A stretch of 64,000 nt of DNA from a virus. This document shows, one piece after another, positions 9,538 through 17,588 of this stretch. Location of the stretch: the IMG/VR virus record IMGVR_UViG_3300045988_108148; one strand, 5' to 3'. The notes beneath the pieces are model-generated. The model did not search any database, had not been told where the DNA came from, and saw only the letters and a list, made by a program, of their open reading frames with translations. The translations under genes and the position numbers were made by a program. Each line of letters opens with the position of its first letter. Position 1 is the first letter of the stretch.

Positions 9538-10089
9538 ATGTTAAAATATAAACGAAATAGAAAATTAATTCAGTTAACGTGTGATAACTGTGGAAAACTA
9601 TACGATAAACCAATTACAGAATATAATCGTAATATACGACTAAAAAGACATAATTTTTGTTCTAGATCTTGCGCAATTAAATATTCTAATAAGATAAATA
9701 AAAGAAAAGGTAATCCTCAATATTTAATTGCAGATAATCGTAAAGATGAATTTACACCTTTTAGATATTACTTAAGAAATGTAAGAAATAGATTTAAATT
9801 CTTTAATTTAACTTTAGAATATTTAAAAGAATTATGGGAAGAACAAAAAGGTATTTGTCCATATACTGGATTACAATTACAGTTAGCGACATATACTAAA
9901 AATCATAATAATCCTATTTATACTGCGTCTTTAGATAGAATAGATTCTTCTAAAGGATATGAAATTGGTAATGTTCAATTCATATCTACTGCAATAAATT
10001 ATATGAAAAACACAATGTCTCACGAAGATACTCTTAAGCTATGTAAAATAATAGCTGAAAAGTATAGTGGAGATGGAGGCATACGATAG
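9538..10089 (+). CDS. HNH-family homing endonuclease with an N-terminal Cys4 finger
   Basis: 183 aa with CDNCGKLY...CSRSC and LDRIDSSKGYEIGNVQFISTAINYMKN. It is a paralogue of the ORFs at 31152 and 58236. It is the only plus-strand gene embedded in the minus-strand arm. Confidence 0.75.
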   Translation: MLKYKRNRKLIQLTCDNCGKLYDKPITEYNRNIRLKRHNFCSRSCAIKYSNKINKRKGNPQYLIADNRKDEFTPFRYYLRNVRNRFKFFNLTLEYLKELWEEQKGICPYTGLQLQLATYTKNHNNPIYTASLDRIDSSKGYEIGNVQFISTAINYMKNTMSHEDTLKLCKIIAEKYSGDGGIR

Positions 10090-10717
10090 CCTCGTCCTAA
10101 TAGTTTCCAATAAACCTAATAAGATATATCACAGTTCTTATGATATAAATTTTGAAACAAACATCTTTATGAAAGATAGTAGATAAAGAGAGATCACTCT
10201 CTCTTTACCTTATAAATCTATAACAATAGTAAGAATTCTTTTTTATACGAGTGTATTCCTCTAAGAGTGCGCAATGCGACTTATGTCTTACCTATAATAC
10301 ATGTTTATCTCTTAAAAAGAATGGTCTTAGGCATGTAGCTCTCTACTACTATAGAAAATGCCTTTGATAGATCTACAGAATTTGAAGTTTATCTTGTCAT
10401 CAAAAGATTGTAAGCATCAACTTCGGCATATAGCTCTAATTCTGTGTGTGATTTGATATCATTACTATACTTAACTTACTTACGTAAGCCTATCACTAGG
10501 TCTTGACTCAAGGTTCTAGCGATTCAGCAGTACATGCTCGTACTTTTTCAAGTGATAGTAATGATCTCAGGCACGTGATCAGTGGCTCAGAATTTTCCAC
10601 TCTGGCTCAAGGCTCTTGAGTATCTTGTTAATTCAAGATAATTTTTATTCTACTCCAATTCGAATAATTAAATCGTGGTATTAATCTCTTTCTAGAACTA
10701 AATATACGGAAAGAGAT

Positions 10718-10743
10718 TGGGAGGCCTCTCGGACACTCCCAAC
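10718..10743 (-). terminator. 7-bp hairpin downstream of ORF 10770..11147
   Basis: TTGGGAG-GCCTCTCGGACA-CTCCCAA. On the reverse strand it is followed by TCTCTTTCC. It abuts a second 10-bp inverted repeat, AATCTCTTTC/GAAAGAGATT (10684-10719). Confidence 0.4.
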
Positions 10744-10769
10744 TCTGATTTCGGAGTTAAATTACTGGA

Positions 10770-11147
10770 TTAATATCTCCAATAATCCTCACCGTAGATA
10801 GCACGCTTAGCGTCACTGACGGCTTTATCACGCTTCTCTTCGGCTTCCTCAACGGCTTTATCATATGCACGATAATCTCCGTCGGACTCAAATTTTGTTT
10901 TAGCTGCAGATACAGCTGTCAAAAATGCTTTTTGAGCTTCTTCTTTTTTACGAGCCATACGAAGCTCTTTTAATGCTCGATCTTCTGTAGACTCTGCGTT
11001 TGATAAACGACGTTCAACTTCACGGGTCTCTTGTTCTAACTTCTTTGCAGCGATGTTCTCTTTTGCTTTGTCTACTGCAGAAGTATTTACTTTACCCTGA
11101 TTGTTCTCTTGCTCTTGCATTTTTGCATCTAAATTAAAATCTGCCAT
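10770..11147 (-). CDS. hypothetical coiled-coil protein
   Basis: ORF track, 125 aa, Ala/Glu/Lys-rich. Confidence 0.7.
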   Translation of the reverse strand: MADFNLDAKMQEQENNQGKVNTSAVDKAKENIAAKKLEQETREVERRLSNAESTEDRALKELRMARKKEEAQKAFLTAVSAAKTKFESDGDYRAYDKAVEEAEEKRDKAVSDAKRAIYGEDYWRY

Positions 11148-11205
11148 AATTTTTAAATTTTTGATAAGTTAATAAAATTGATTTTTAAATTAAAATTGTT
11201 ATTAT

Positions 11206-11577
11206 TTACTTTTTAGTATTAACATATAATCCAAACCAATAATCGCTACCTTCTGACGTACTACTCCAGCTAATAGTGCCGTTAATAATCTCTTTATTAC
11301 TATAATTACTATGAGCGATTCTATGTACACATCTAATTAGTTTATCAGTGATATCTCTACTTCGCAATATTTGATTGGTGACATTTTTTACATATCTACC
11401 ATAAGCATTATTCTCTTCAAGAAATTGCTTAAAACTAGGATTCTCACTAATTGCGCTCTTTATTGATCCTTTTATATCTTTTTTACAAAGTGTAGAGGTA
11501 ATAGGTTGTCCTCTAGTAGAAATATTACTAATACTAGCAGTATTAGCTAGATCGATAAATTCATGTTCAAATATCAT
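11206..11577 (-). CDS. hypothetical protein
   Basis: ORF track, 123 aa. Abuts the upstream ORF, sharing base 11577. Confidence 0.7.
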   Translation of the reverse strand: MIFEHEFIDLANTASISNISTRGQPITSTLCKKDIKGSIKSAISENPSFKQFLEENNAYGRYVKNVTNQILRSRDITDKLIRCVHRIAHSNYSNKEIINGTISWSSTSEGSDYWFGLYVNTKK

Positions 11578-12014
11578 TACTTTTTATTTTTTAGTTTTTG
11601 AAACTCTTCTTTAAATATCTCTTTAAAGATGTTGCATTGAGAAGGATACATATTAACAAACTCTTCATCTGTTAATCGCCGGCCTACAGTACTGTTATCA
11701 ATAACAGTCTTTTTGATAACTCTACCCTTTTCTTCTTTGGGTATTTTTATTACGTTATATCTTGTTCCAACTTTTCCATTGGAGCCACAAATTACTTTGT
11801 AGCGAGTAATTTCAGGCATGAAAATTGCTGTTGATTTTCCATCAGCTCCTATCACTTCTTTCTTTACTCCGGTTTTTGTTTGCCCTACAGACAGTATCGC
11901 AAGTATGCGAGTGCTTACGTCTCTATCCTGTGCAAAATACACTACTTTTTCTTTTTTGATTGTAGCATTCGCCTTGCGAATACGTATAGTCTCCATTTTT
12001 CTTTTGCTTCGCAT
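11577..12014 (-). CDS. hypothetical basic protein
   Basis: ORF track, 145 aa. Confidence 0.7.
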   Translation of the reverse strand: MRSKRKMETIRIRKANATIKKEKVVYFAQDRDVSTRILAILSVGQTKTGVKKEVIGADGKSTAIFMPEITRYKVICGSNGKVGTRYNVIKIPKEEKGRVIKKTVIDNSTVGRRLTDEEFVNMYPSQCNIFKEIFKEEFQKLKNKK

Positions 12015-12038
12015 TTTAAATAAAATTGATTTTTATTA

Positions 12039-12383
12039 CTAGATAGTAGAATTGTATATTCTTTGTATTTTATTATATACTTCTTCTACTGATTCAATTA
12101 CTCTTACACTAAAACCGCATTTAAGTAATACACAAGTGTACAACTCTTCTTTTGCTTCATCATTATTACAAGAGGCTAAACCTACTTTCTTAGGTAAATC
12201 CTCTCTTTCTGAAGATGGAGTTATTGCAGCAATTTGTTCTATATCAATTAGTATACGTTCTTCATGGTTTAAGTACGTAATTTTCTTTGATAAAGATTTA
12301 CTAAATGCAGAAAGTTCTATAACATTTTTTGTTTCCATACTTTTAAATAATGAATCGTGGCATAGTCTTTGTTTTCTTATCAT
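12039..12383 (-). CDS. hypothetical protein
   Basis: ORF track, 114 aa. Confidence 0.65.
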   Translation of the reverse strand: MIRKQRLCHDSLFKSMETKNVIELSAFSKSLSKKITYLNHEERILIDIEQIAAITPSSEREDLPKKVGLASCNNDEAKEELYTCVLLKCGFSVRVIESVEEVYNKIQRIYNSTI

Positions 12384-12522
12384 ATGCTGCCCCCTTTACT
12401 TTATTAGCGTACTATGCATCTTCACATAGCTTTGATTTGCTGTAGGACTCTGGGCTTATTCACGATTCGGGGATAACCACCATATTAATAAAAAATTAAA
12501 TTATATGATAACTGGCGAGTAA

Positions 12523-12642
12523 TCAATAAATTTCTTTTTTATTCTTAGTACCCTTTTTATAGGGTTCCATTTTAGGCTTAGGACGTCCTTTTTCAGAACG
12601 TCCTTGTTTTACTGCTTTACTTTCTTTCCACGTTTTAGACAT
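12523..12642 (-). CDS. 39-aa Lys-rich basic miniprotein (below ORF-track threshold)
   Basis: Own translation gives MSKTWKESKAVKQGRSEKGRPKPKMEPYKKGTKNKKEIY. Its ATG overlaps the last codons of ORF 12635..13069. Confidence 0.35.
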   Translation of the reverse strand: MSKTWKESKAVKQGRSEKGRPKPKMEPYKKGTKNKKEIY

Positions 12643-13069
12643 AGCTCTTAAAAACTTTAACAATTTCAGGTAATGCCTCAATGTAGTTAATACAAAGATA
12701 CTCTTTTTCCTCTTTTTTGAGAGGATTGTTAAATAAGAGAACTAAGTCTCTAGTAAAAGTAGGATTACGTAATAAGTAATTCTGTACTTCTACTTGCCAT
12801 GTAAGACCTCCTCCTGTAGATATTGGTGTACCTACATTCTGAAGTAAAACAGAAACTTGCTCGATTAACTTAGAATCGAATTTAGGAAATTGATGTTTCA
12901 GTTCTTCTTCATTTAATGAAGAAAGAAATTCTGGATTATCTTTTTCCTGCATGAAAACAAGAAGTGCTCTTTCAAGCATTTCTTTTGCTTCTTGTTGGGA
13001 CCAAGAAGTTGGAATCTGTACAAGACATAAATTATTTCCTGTAGTTCCAATAAGATGTAACTGTTTCAT
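12635..13069 (-). CDS. hypothetical protein
   Basis: ORF track, 144 aa. Confidence 0.7.
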   Translation of the reverse strand: MKQLHLIGTTGNNLCLVQIPTSWSQQEAKEMLERALLVFMQEKDNPEFLSSLNEEELKHQFPKFDSKLIEQVSVLLQNVGTPISTGGGLTWQVEVQNYLLRNPTFTRDLVLLFNNPLKKEEKEYLCINYIEALPEIVKVFKSYV

Positions 13070-13537
13070 TTTTGATAAATTTAAGTTATAACTTTTGATG
13101 ACGTCTCTGTATGTACAACTACAGAGATAGTTTTGATTGAACGATTGTTGATTAACAACAACTCATATTGTACTATGAGCAACTAATAACAAGTGTCATC
13201 GTAAAGTTTTATGCTTGCAAAATAAATATTAAAAAACTCTTACATAAAACTTCTTATAATCGGCTATCTAACATATTTTACGTTATAGCAGAATTGTATT
13301 GCCAGTACAATTCTTATTAACGACATGATTTTAACGTCCGCACGATCATAGTATTTGCAATTATCAGTACTAATTAGAACAATTGCCATTCTTCTTCTCC
13401 CGCATAAAAATACTACTTACGCCCCACATGCTTGTCATCTTCTGATGATCTAATAATAAAAATATGCACTACCTTCACAGGCAATGCATATAAATGAATT
13501 ATAAGTCAGAAATTCAAAAAAGTTATTGCAATCATGA

Positions 13538-14035
13538 TCATTTAATACTATCTATTACCGTAATTGGTACTTTGACAGCTTTCTCACTTTCTTTTTCCGG
13601 CCTATTTACTTCAGTCTTTATTTCCACTTTAGCATTCTTAGCATCTGGACCTGTTATTCCCGGCATAACTTCCTTTAACTGCATACTAATATAATAGTTT
13701 GTATTACGGAGATACTCTTCAGCAATCTCTTCATACGTTGCAGTTGTACCTATTCTATTAAGAATAGTACGTACGATTTGTTCTGGAAGTTCCATACACA
13801 AATCATACAATTCCATGTCATGCTTTTCAACATTCCAGTCGTTAAGTCTTTCTTCCAAAGTAGGAATAATGACCTCAGTTTTAGTTGATTCTGAAGCTTC
13901 TTTAGCTTCTGTACCATGGTACTTATCGTACCCATACCATAGGATTCCTCCCAATAGTACGATGCAAAGTAGCCCAATCGCTACGTCTCGAAACTTGTTC
14001 ATAGAAATAATTGATTTATTAATAAAACTGTGCAA
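13538..14035 (-). CDS. membrane-anchored hypothetical protein
   Basis: ORF track, 165 aa. Has an N-terminal hydrophobic helix VAIGLLCIVLLGGILWYGY. Confidence 0.7.
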   Translation of the reverse strand: MHSFINKSIISMNKFRDVAIGLLCIVLLGGILWYGYDKYHGTEAKEASESTKTEVIIPTLEERLNDWNVEKHDMELYDLCMELPEQIVRTILNRIGTTATYEEIAEEYLRNTNYYISMQLKEVMPGITGPDAKNAKVEIKTEVNRPEKESEKAVKVPITVIDSIK

Positions 14036-14042
14036 TATTGCC

Positions 14043-14303
14043 TTATTGATTGATGACCATTGCTTGAATATCTAATTCAATTTTAATTGGTTCATTCTTC
14101 CAAGATATCATAGGAATATTTAATTGTATTCTATCTTCTTCAGATATCTGCGTATAATTAAAATTTCCTGCAAACTCATCCTCATTAGGACAGTTTAAAT
14201 TAATCCAGTAATTTGAATCACCTTCAACATATCTTTTTGGCTTACTTGTAAAAAGATATTGTCCTCCATCTTCATCTACTGCGTACCAAACTTCTACTTT
14301 CAT
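14043..14303 (-). CDS. hypothetical protein
   Basis: ORF track, 86 aa. Its start overlaps the stop of the upstream ORF. Confidence 0.65.
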   Translation of the reverse strand: MKVEVWYAVDEDGGQYLFTSKPKRYVEGDSNYWINLNCPNEDEFAGNFNYTQISEEDRIQLNIPMISWKNEPIKIELDIQAMVINQ

Positions 14304-14524
14304 GAATCTTGTTGTTTTTGTTCTTCTTCATATAAATACTTTTCTATTCTCTGAGATTCTTTATTAATTAAAATAAAGAGTAAACCTAGTATAGCACCCA
14401 TACCTAATGAGACTGTTATTAGTTCTCCTATAATAGCTATGGTGTAAATACCCCCAACTATTACTGCCAATAGTAGTAACATATATAAAAGACATTTTAA
14501 TGAAGATTTATTTAAAGGATTCAT
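14300..14524 (-). CDS. small two-helix membrane protein
   Basis: ORF track, 74 aa, with LLYMLLLLAVIVGGIYTIAIIGELITVSLGMGAILGLLFILI. Confidence 0.65.
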   Translation of the reverse strand: MNPLNKSSLKCLLYMLLLLAVIVGGIYTIAIIGELITVSLGMGAILGLLFILINKESQRIEKYLYEEEQKQQDS

Positions 14525-14969
14525 AAGCTTGTAGAAATTGTTTATATGTACCTAACATATCCATTAATAAACCACGACATTTACAAAGATGGTTGTATTC
14601 TTCTTCAGTAAGAATATATACTGAACCCACTTTTACTACATTTGGAGTAATTTCTTGTATATTACGAGAATTATTTGTAGTATTTATATCTTTTGTACTT
14701 TGTGATTCTATTTGTGGTTCTACAACAGACATCACATTTTTGATTTCTTCTTCTGAGAAAAAGGATTCACCTATAGTTCCACATACTTCTGCTACTTTAA
14801 TACAAATAGCTTCATAAGTTTCATTATCTCTGAGTGTGTAGTAAAATTCTCCAGAATCTACAGCAATTTTAGCTGTTTGTAATTCAAGACCAAAAATTAC
14901 CTTTAATGCTTTTAACCAAGCTATTTTAAATTTCGCTTTTTTAAAGTTGAATTTAATTTTTGTTACCAT
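14508..14969 (-). CDS. hypothetical protein
   Basis: ORF track, 153 aa. Confidence 0.7.
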   Translation of the reverse strand: MVTKIKFNFKKAKFKIAWLKALKVIFGLELQTAKIAVDSGEFYYTLRDNETYEAICIKVAEVCGTIGESFFSEEEIKNVMSVVEPQIESQSTKDINTTNNSRNIQEITPNVVKVGSVYILTEEEYNHLCKCRGLLMDMLGTYKQFLQAYESFK

Positions 14970-15004
14970 ATTGATTATATTTAATGTTAATAGTTTTCAT
15001 AAAT

Positions 15005-15066
15005 AATCCTAAGTAGACCATAAGCCACTAGCGCCGCCAAGCTGTTACATGTATCTACTTAGGATT
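15005..15066. repeat. perfect 13-bp inverted repeat enclosing a 36-nt GC-rich loop
   Basis: AATCCTAAGTAGA (15005-15017) pairs with TCTACTTAGGATT (15054-15066). The loop is CCATAAGCCACTAGCGCCGCCAAGCTGTTACATGTA. Confidence 0.7.
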
Positions 15067-15141
15067 TCAATTTAATCAATATGTGTTTCGCAACAGATAT
15101 TGAGAATAGAGTTCTATAATTCAACAAGTTTGTCATTTTTT

Positions 15142-15165
15142 AAAAGGGAGAAATAAATCTCCCTT
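15142..15165 (-). terminator. intrinsic terminator after ORF 15172..15543
   Basis: An 8-bp stem AAGGGAGA/TCTCCCTT with a 6-nt loop. It is followed by TTTT on the reverse strand and lies 7 nt downstream of the stop codon. Confidence 0.65.
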
Positions 15166-15171
15166 ACCTGA

Positions 15172-15543
15172 TTATGGATAGATCTGTAAGAAGTGATCTA
15201 TATAACCGGGTTTTGTTGCAATATATACCCTATATCCTCCACCTAATTTAAATAGGTCAAAGTCTTTTTTGGGTATTTGCATAGCAACAGTTTCTACATC
15301 TTGTTTCCAATTAGTATCGAATAATCGATATAATTGATTATGAAGATTGTCCATGTATGAATACATGCACTGTTGCTTGGATGCGATAGCAGTATTGATT
15401 ACTACACCGTATCCTTTACTTAATTTATAAGCTAACTTAATTGCATCAAGCCAACTTAAATTAAGCTCTTTTTTAAGAGTCACAATTCTCTTATATAGAG
15501 ATGTACTATGACTCTTTTTTTTCTGAATTATTATTCTTATCAT
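15172..15543 (-). CDS. hypothetical protein
   Basis: ORF track, 123 aa. Confidence 0.7.
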   Translation of the reverse strand: MIRIIIQKKKSHSTSLYKRIVTLKKELNLSWLDAIKLAYKLSKGYGVVINTAIASKQQCMYSYMDNLHNQLYRLFDTNWKQDVETVAMQIPKKDFDLFKLGGGYRVYIATKPGYIDHFLQIYP

Positions 15544-15719
15544 ATTATTAAGTATTAATGATTCAGATTTAAAAGACTATTAGCTTCGGTAGCCGTTGGC
15601 ATTCGTTCAGCCCGGCAATTTAAACCTACTAGACCCTAGAACCACTAACTTTGTATATTAACCAAACGCGCATGAAGTATTGTAGTTAGCTACGATGAGG
15701 TTGTCTTTACTCTAGGGAA

Positions 15720-15751
15720 ATTATATGCGTATTTCACAATAGGCATATAAT
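15720..15751. repeat. hairpin A: 9-bp stem with a 14-nt loop GTATTTCACAATAG
   Basis: ATTATATGC-GTATTTCACAATAG-GCATATAAT. Confidence 0.75.
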
Positions 15752-15817
15752 AAGTTGTCAAATCTTTGTTGTCTTTAGAAGGCATATAATATAATGTAAT
15801 TAAGAATCTTCTTAAGT

Positions 15818-15849
15818 AATACACACGTATTTCACAATAGGTGTGTATT
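15818..15849. repeat. hairpin B: 9-bp stem with the identical 14-nt loop GTATTTCACAATAG
   Basis: AATACACAC-GTATTTCACAATAG-GTGTGTATT. Four stem positions differ from hairpin A, and each is compensated on the opposite arm. Confidence 0.75.
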
Positions 15850-15890
15850 TAATGTAGACATTATCTTTATTAACCAAAAGAATAACGTGA

Positions 15891-16085
15891 TTACTTTAAT
15901 TCTCTTCTAACATCATCTAAAATACCATGAAAAACACTAATACTAAGTTTATCCTTAAATTCAATATATGCAAATAATATCACACATATTGGATATAGGA
16001 TGGGATCGTCCAACAGTATTAATAATATTATCATGTAGATAAGTATTCTTAATACTGACCAAATGAATGATATTATCTTTCTCAT
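15891..16085 (-). CDS. small two-helix membrane protein
   Basis: ORF track, 64 aa, strongly hydrophobic. Confidence 0.6.
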   Translation of the reverse strand: MRKIISFIWSVLRILIYMIILLILLDDPILYPICVILFAYIEFKDKLSISVFHGILDDVRRELK

Positions 16086-16099
16086 ATATTAAAAATTTG

Positions 16100-16171
16100 A
16101 TCTCCTAGACAGGGTCGAACTGTCAATCTTCAGATAATAATACTGACGTTTTTCCATTAAACTATAGGAGT
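16100..16171 (-). tRNA. tRNA-like gene, Ile(UAU)-like
   Basis: The reverse strand (72 nt) reads ACTCCTA-TA-GTTT-AATGGAA-AAAC-G-TCAGT-ATTATTA-TCTGA-AGATT-GACAG-TTCGACC-CTGTC-TAGGAGA-T. A cloverleaf fits, with A1-A72 and U31-U39 mismatches. The 7-nt loop places UAU at positions 34-36 but an unusual U at 37. No CCA is encoded. Confidence 0.55.
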
Positions 16172-16573
16172 TTTGTATATCCAGATACTTATTTTTCAGT
16201 TAGTATCAGACTGTCTTACACCATTTTACCCTTTTATGGTTAAACATTTTCGATTGTAAGCTTACTTAGTTACTAATAACACAATAGTGCACCATGCGAA
16301 CCTAACATGCTATTGCAAGGAATATTATCAATTTTGGCCATATTGATAAAGGTTTTAATTCGATTCCTTCTCTGCTATGACTGCTTTTACTATAAACGTT
16401 GTGCATATATTTATAATAAAAGCCTATTTATTTGTATCTAGATCTAGTTGTCATAGTTTGCTAGTACTAGAATTTAACTGACTCTGCATTTACTTAGGCT
16501 TGTCACTAACCGTGGCTGCATTACGTTAAATTAAAAAGAAAGTTGTGTATCACTTCATACACTGGGTGGTTTG

Positions 16574-16741
16574 TTATTCATGTTTAATAACCTTGACACC
16601 AAAATAGATACCAATTAAAGTTGGTATTATGTACAGTAATATATTAGTTACTGCATAACGTGGCTGACTTATTGTTATTACTATATAAAATAATAATACT
16701 AACAATAGTATACCAAATAGAATGTAATTGAGTGCTTTCAT
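16574..16741 (-). CDS. 55-aa two-helix membrane miniprotein (below ORF-track threshold)
   Basis: Own translation gives MKALNYILFGILLLVLLFYIVITISQPRYAVTNILLYIIPTLIGIYFGVKVIKHE. Its ATG overlaps the TGA of ORF 16738..16947. Confidence 0.5.
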   Translation of the reverse strand: MKALNYILFGILLLVLLFYIVITISQPRYAVTNILLYIIPTLIGIYFGVKVIKHE

Positions 16742-16947
16742 TTTCTTCTATATTTATTGTTAAATGTATCTACTGCTTTTTCTCTATTAGGAAAGGTAGT
16801 TATTACTAATTTCCCTTCTTTTTCGAGAATAATAGACCACTCGAAAGCGTGCTTTCCAACTAGGATAACTTTACGTCCTAGTGCATCTTCGACTATTGCT
16901 CTAACTGTGGCATCACAATTTGATTTGTGATATTTTCTCTTACTCAT
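16738..16947 (-). CDS. hypothetical protein
   Basis: ORF track, 69 aa. Confidence 0.6.
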   Translation of the reverse strand: MSKRKYHKSNCDATVRAIVEDALGRKVILVGKHAFEWSIILEKEGKLVITTFPNREKAVDTFNNKYRRK

Positions 16948-16953
16948 AGATTC

Positions 16954-17136
16954 TTATTTATTAAATGAGTTTATTGCTAAAAAACATATTCCAATAAATA
17001 TCCAATAAGCTAATGACCATTCTAATATTATATCTAATATTGCTGAGAATTTCGCTTTTGGATCTAATCCCATTGATAATAGGTATAAACATGACATTAT
17101 GTAAAATCCTATTGTTGCTTTTGTTCCGTTACTCAT
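16954..17136 (-). CDS. small membrane protein
   Basis: ORF track, 60 aa, hydrophobic. Confidence 0.55.
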   Translation of the reverse strand: MSNGTKATIGFYIMSCLYLLSMGLDPKAKFSAILDIILEWSLAYWIFIGICFLAINSFNK

Positions 17137-17169
17137 TTTATTTAATTTATTGATTAATAATCAAATAAA

Positions 17170-17266
17170 CTTACAAATAGGGATTCTCTACTCTGGCGTT
17201 ATGATTCTGAAATCAATGTTGTAGTAGCTAAGTATTTACAAGGATAGTCCTAAACCTATTTGTAAG
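17170..17266. repeat. perfect 12-bp inverted repeat enclosing 73 nt
   Basis: CTTACAAATAGG (17170-17181) pairs with CCTATTTGTAAG (17255-17266). Confidence 0.7.
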
Positions 17267-17449
17267 AAACTAGTGCCAATTTACACCTAAAACTTTAGAT
17301 TAATCTACCTTTATTCGATGATTATTTTCACTTTATGCACATTCTCAGCCTTAAAGTTCTAAAGAAACTGGTGTTCTCAACGTCTTGGAAAGTTATTAGT
17401 TTTTTGAATTTCGCTATATATTATATAAATTACTAATGGGCTTGTTGTG

Positions 17450-17504
17450 AAAAAGAGTGAAAATGAGGGGAGGGAGAACTGTTCTCACTACTCCCTCTCA
17501 CTCT
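17450..17504 (-). terminator. intrinsic terminator after ORF 17589..18188
   Basis: An interrupted stem: AGAGTGA/TCACTCT (17454-17460 with 17498-17504) plus GAGGGAG/CTCCCTC (17470-17476 with 17491-17497). It is followed by a T-run on the reverse strand. Confidence 0.6.
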
Positions 17505-17588
17505 CATTGTTTCATTTGCATGGTAGTCATTTGGTGCTTTATCTCCGATACGGTCAAACATACCCTACGAAGTCCCATGCAATACTCA

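Noticed and set aside
4227-15714. An exact 14-nt repeat, TTGTCTTTACTCTA, at 4227-4240 and 15701-15714.
   Set aside because: At this base composition, tens of exact 14-mer coincidences are expected by chance within 64 kb. It is not evidence on its own.
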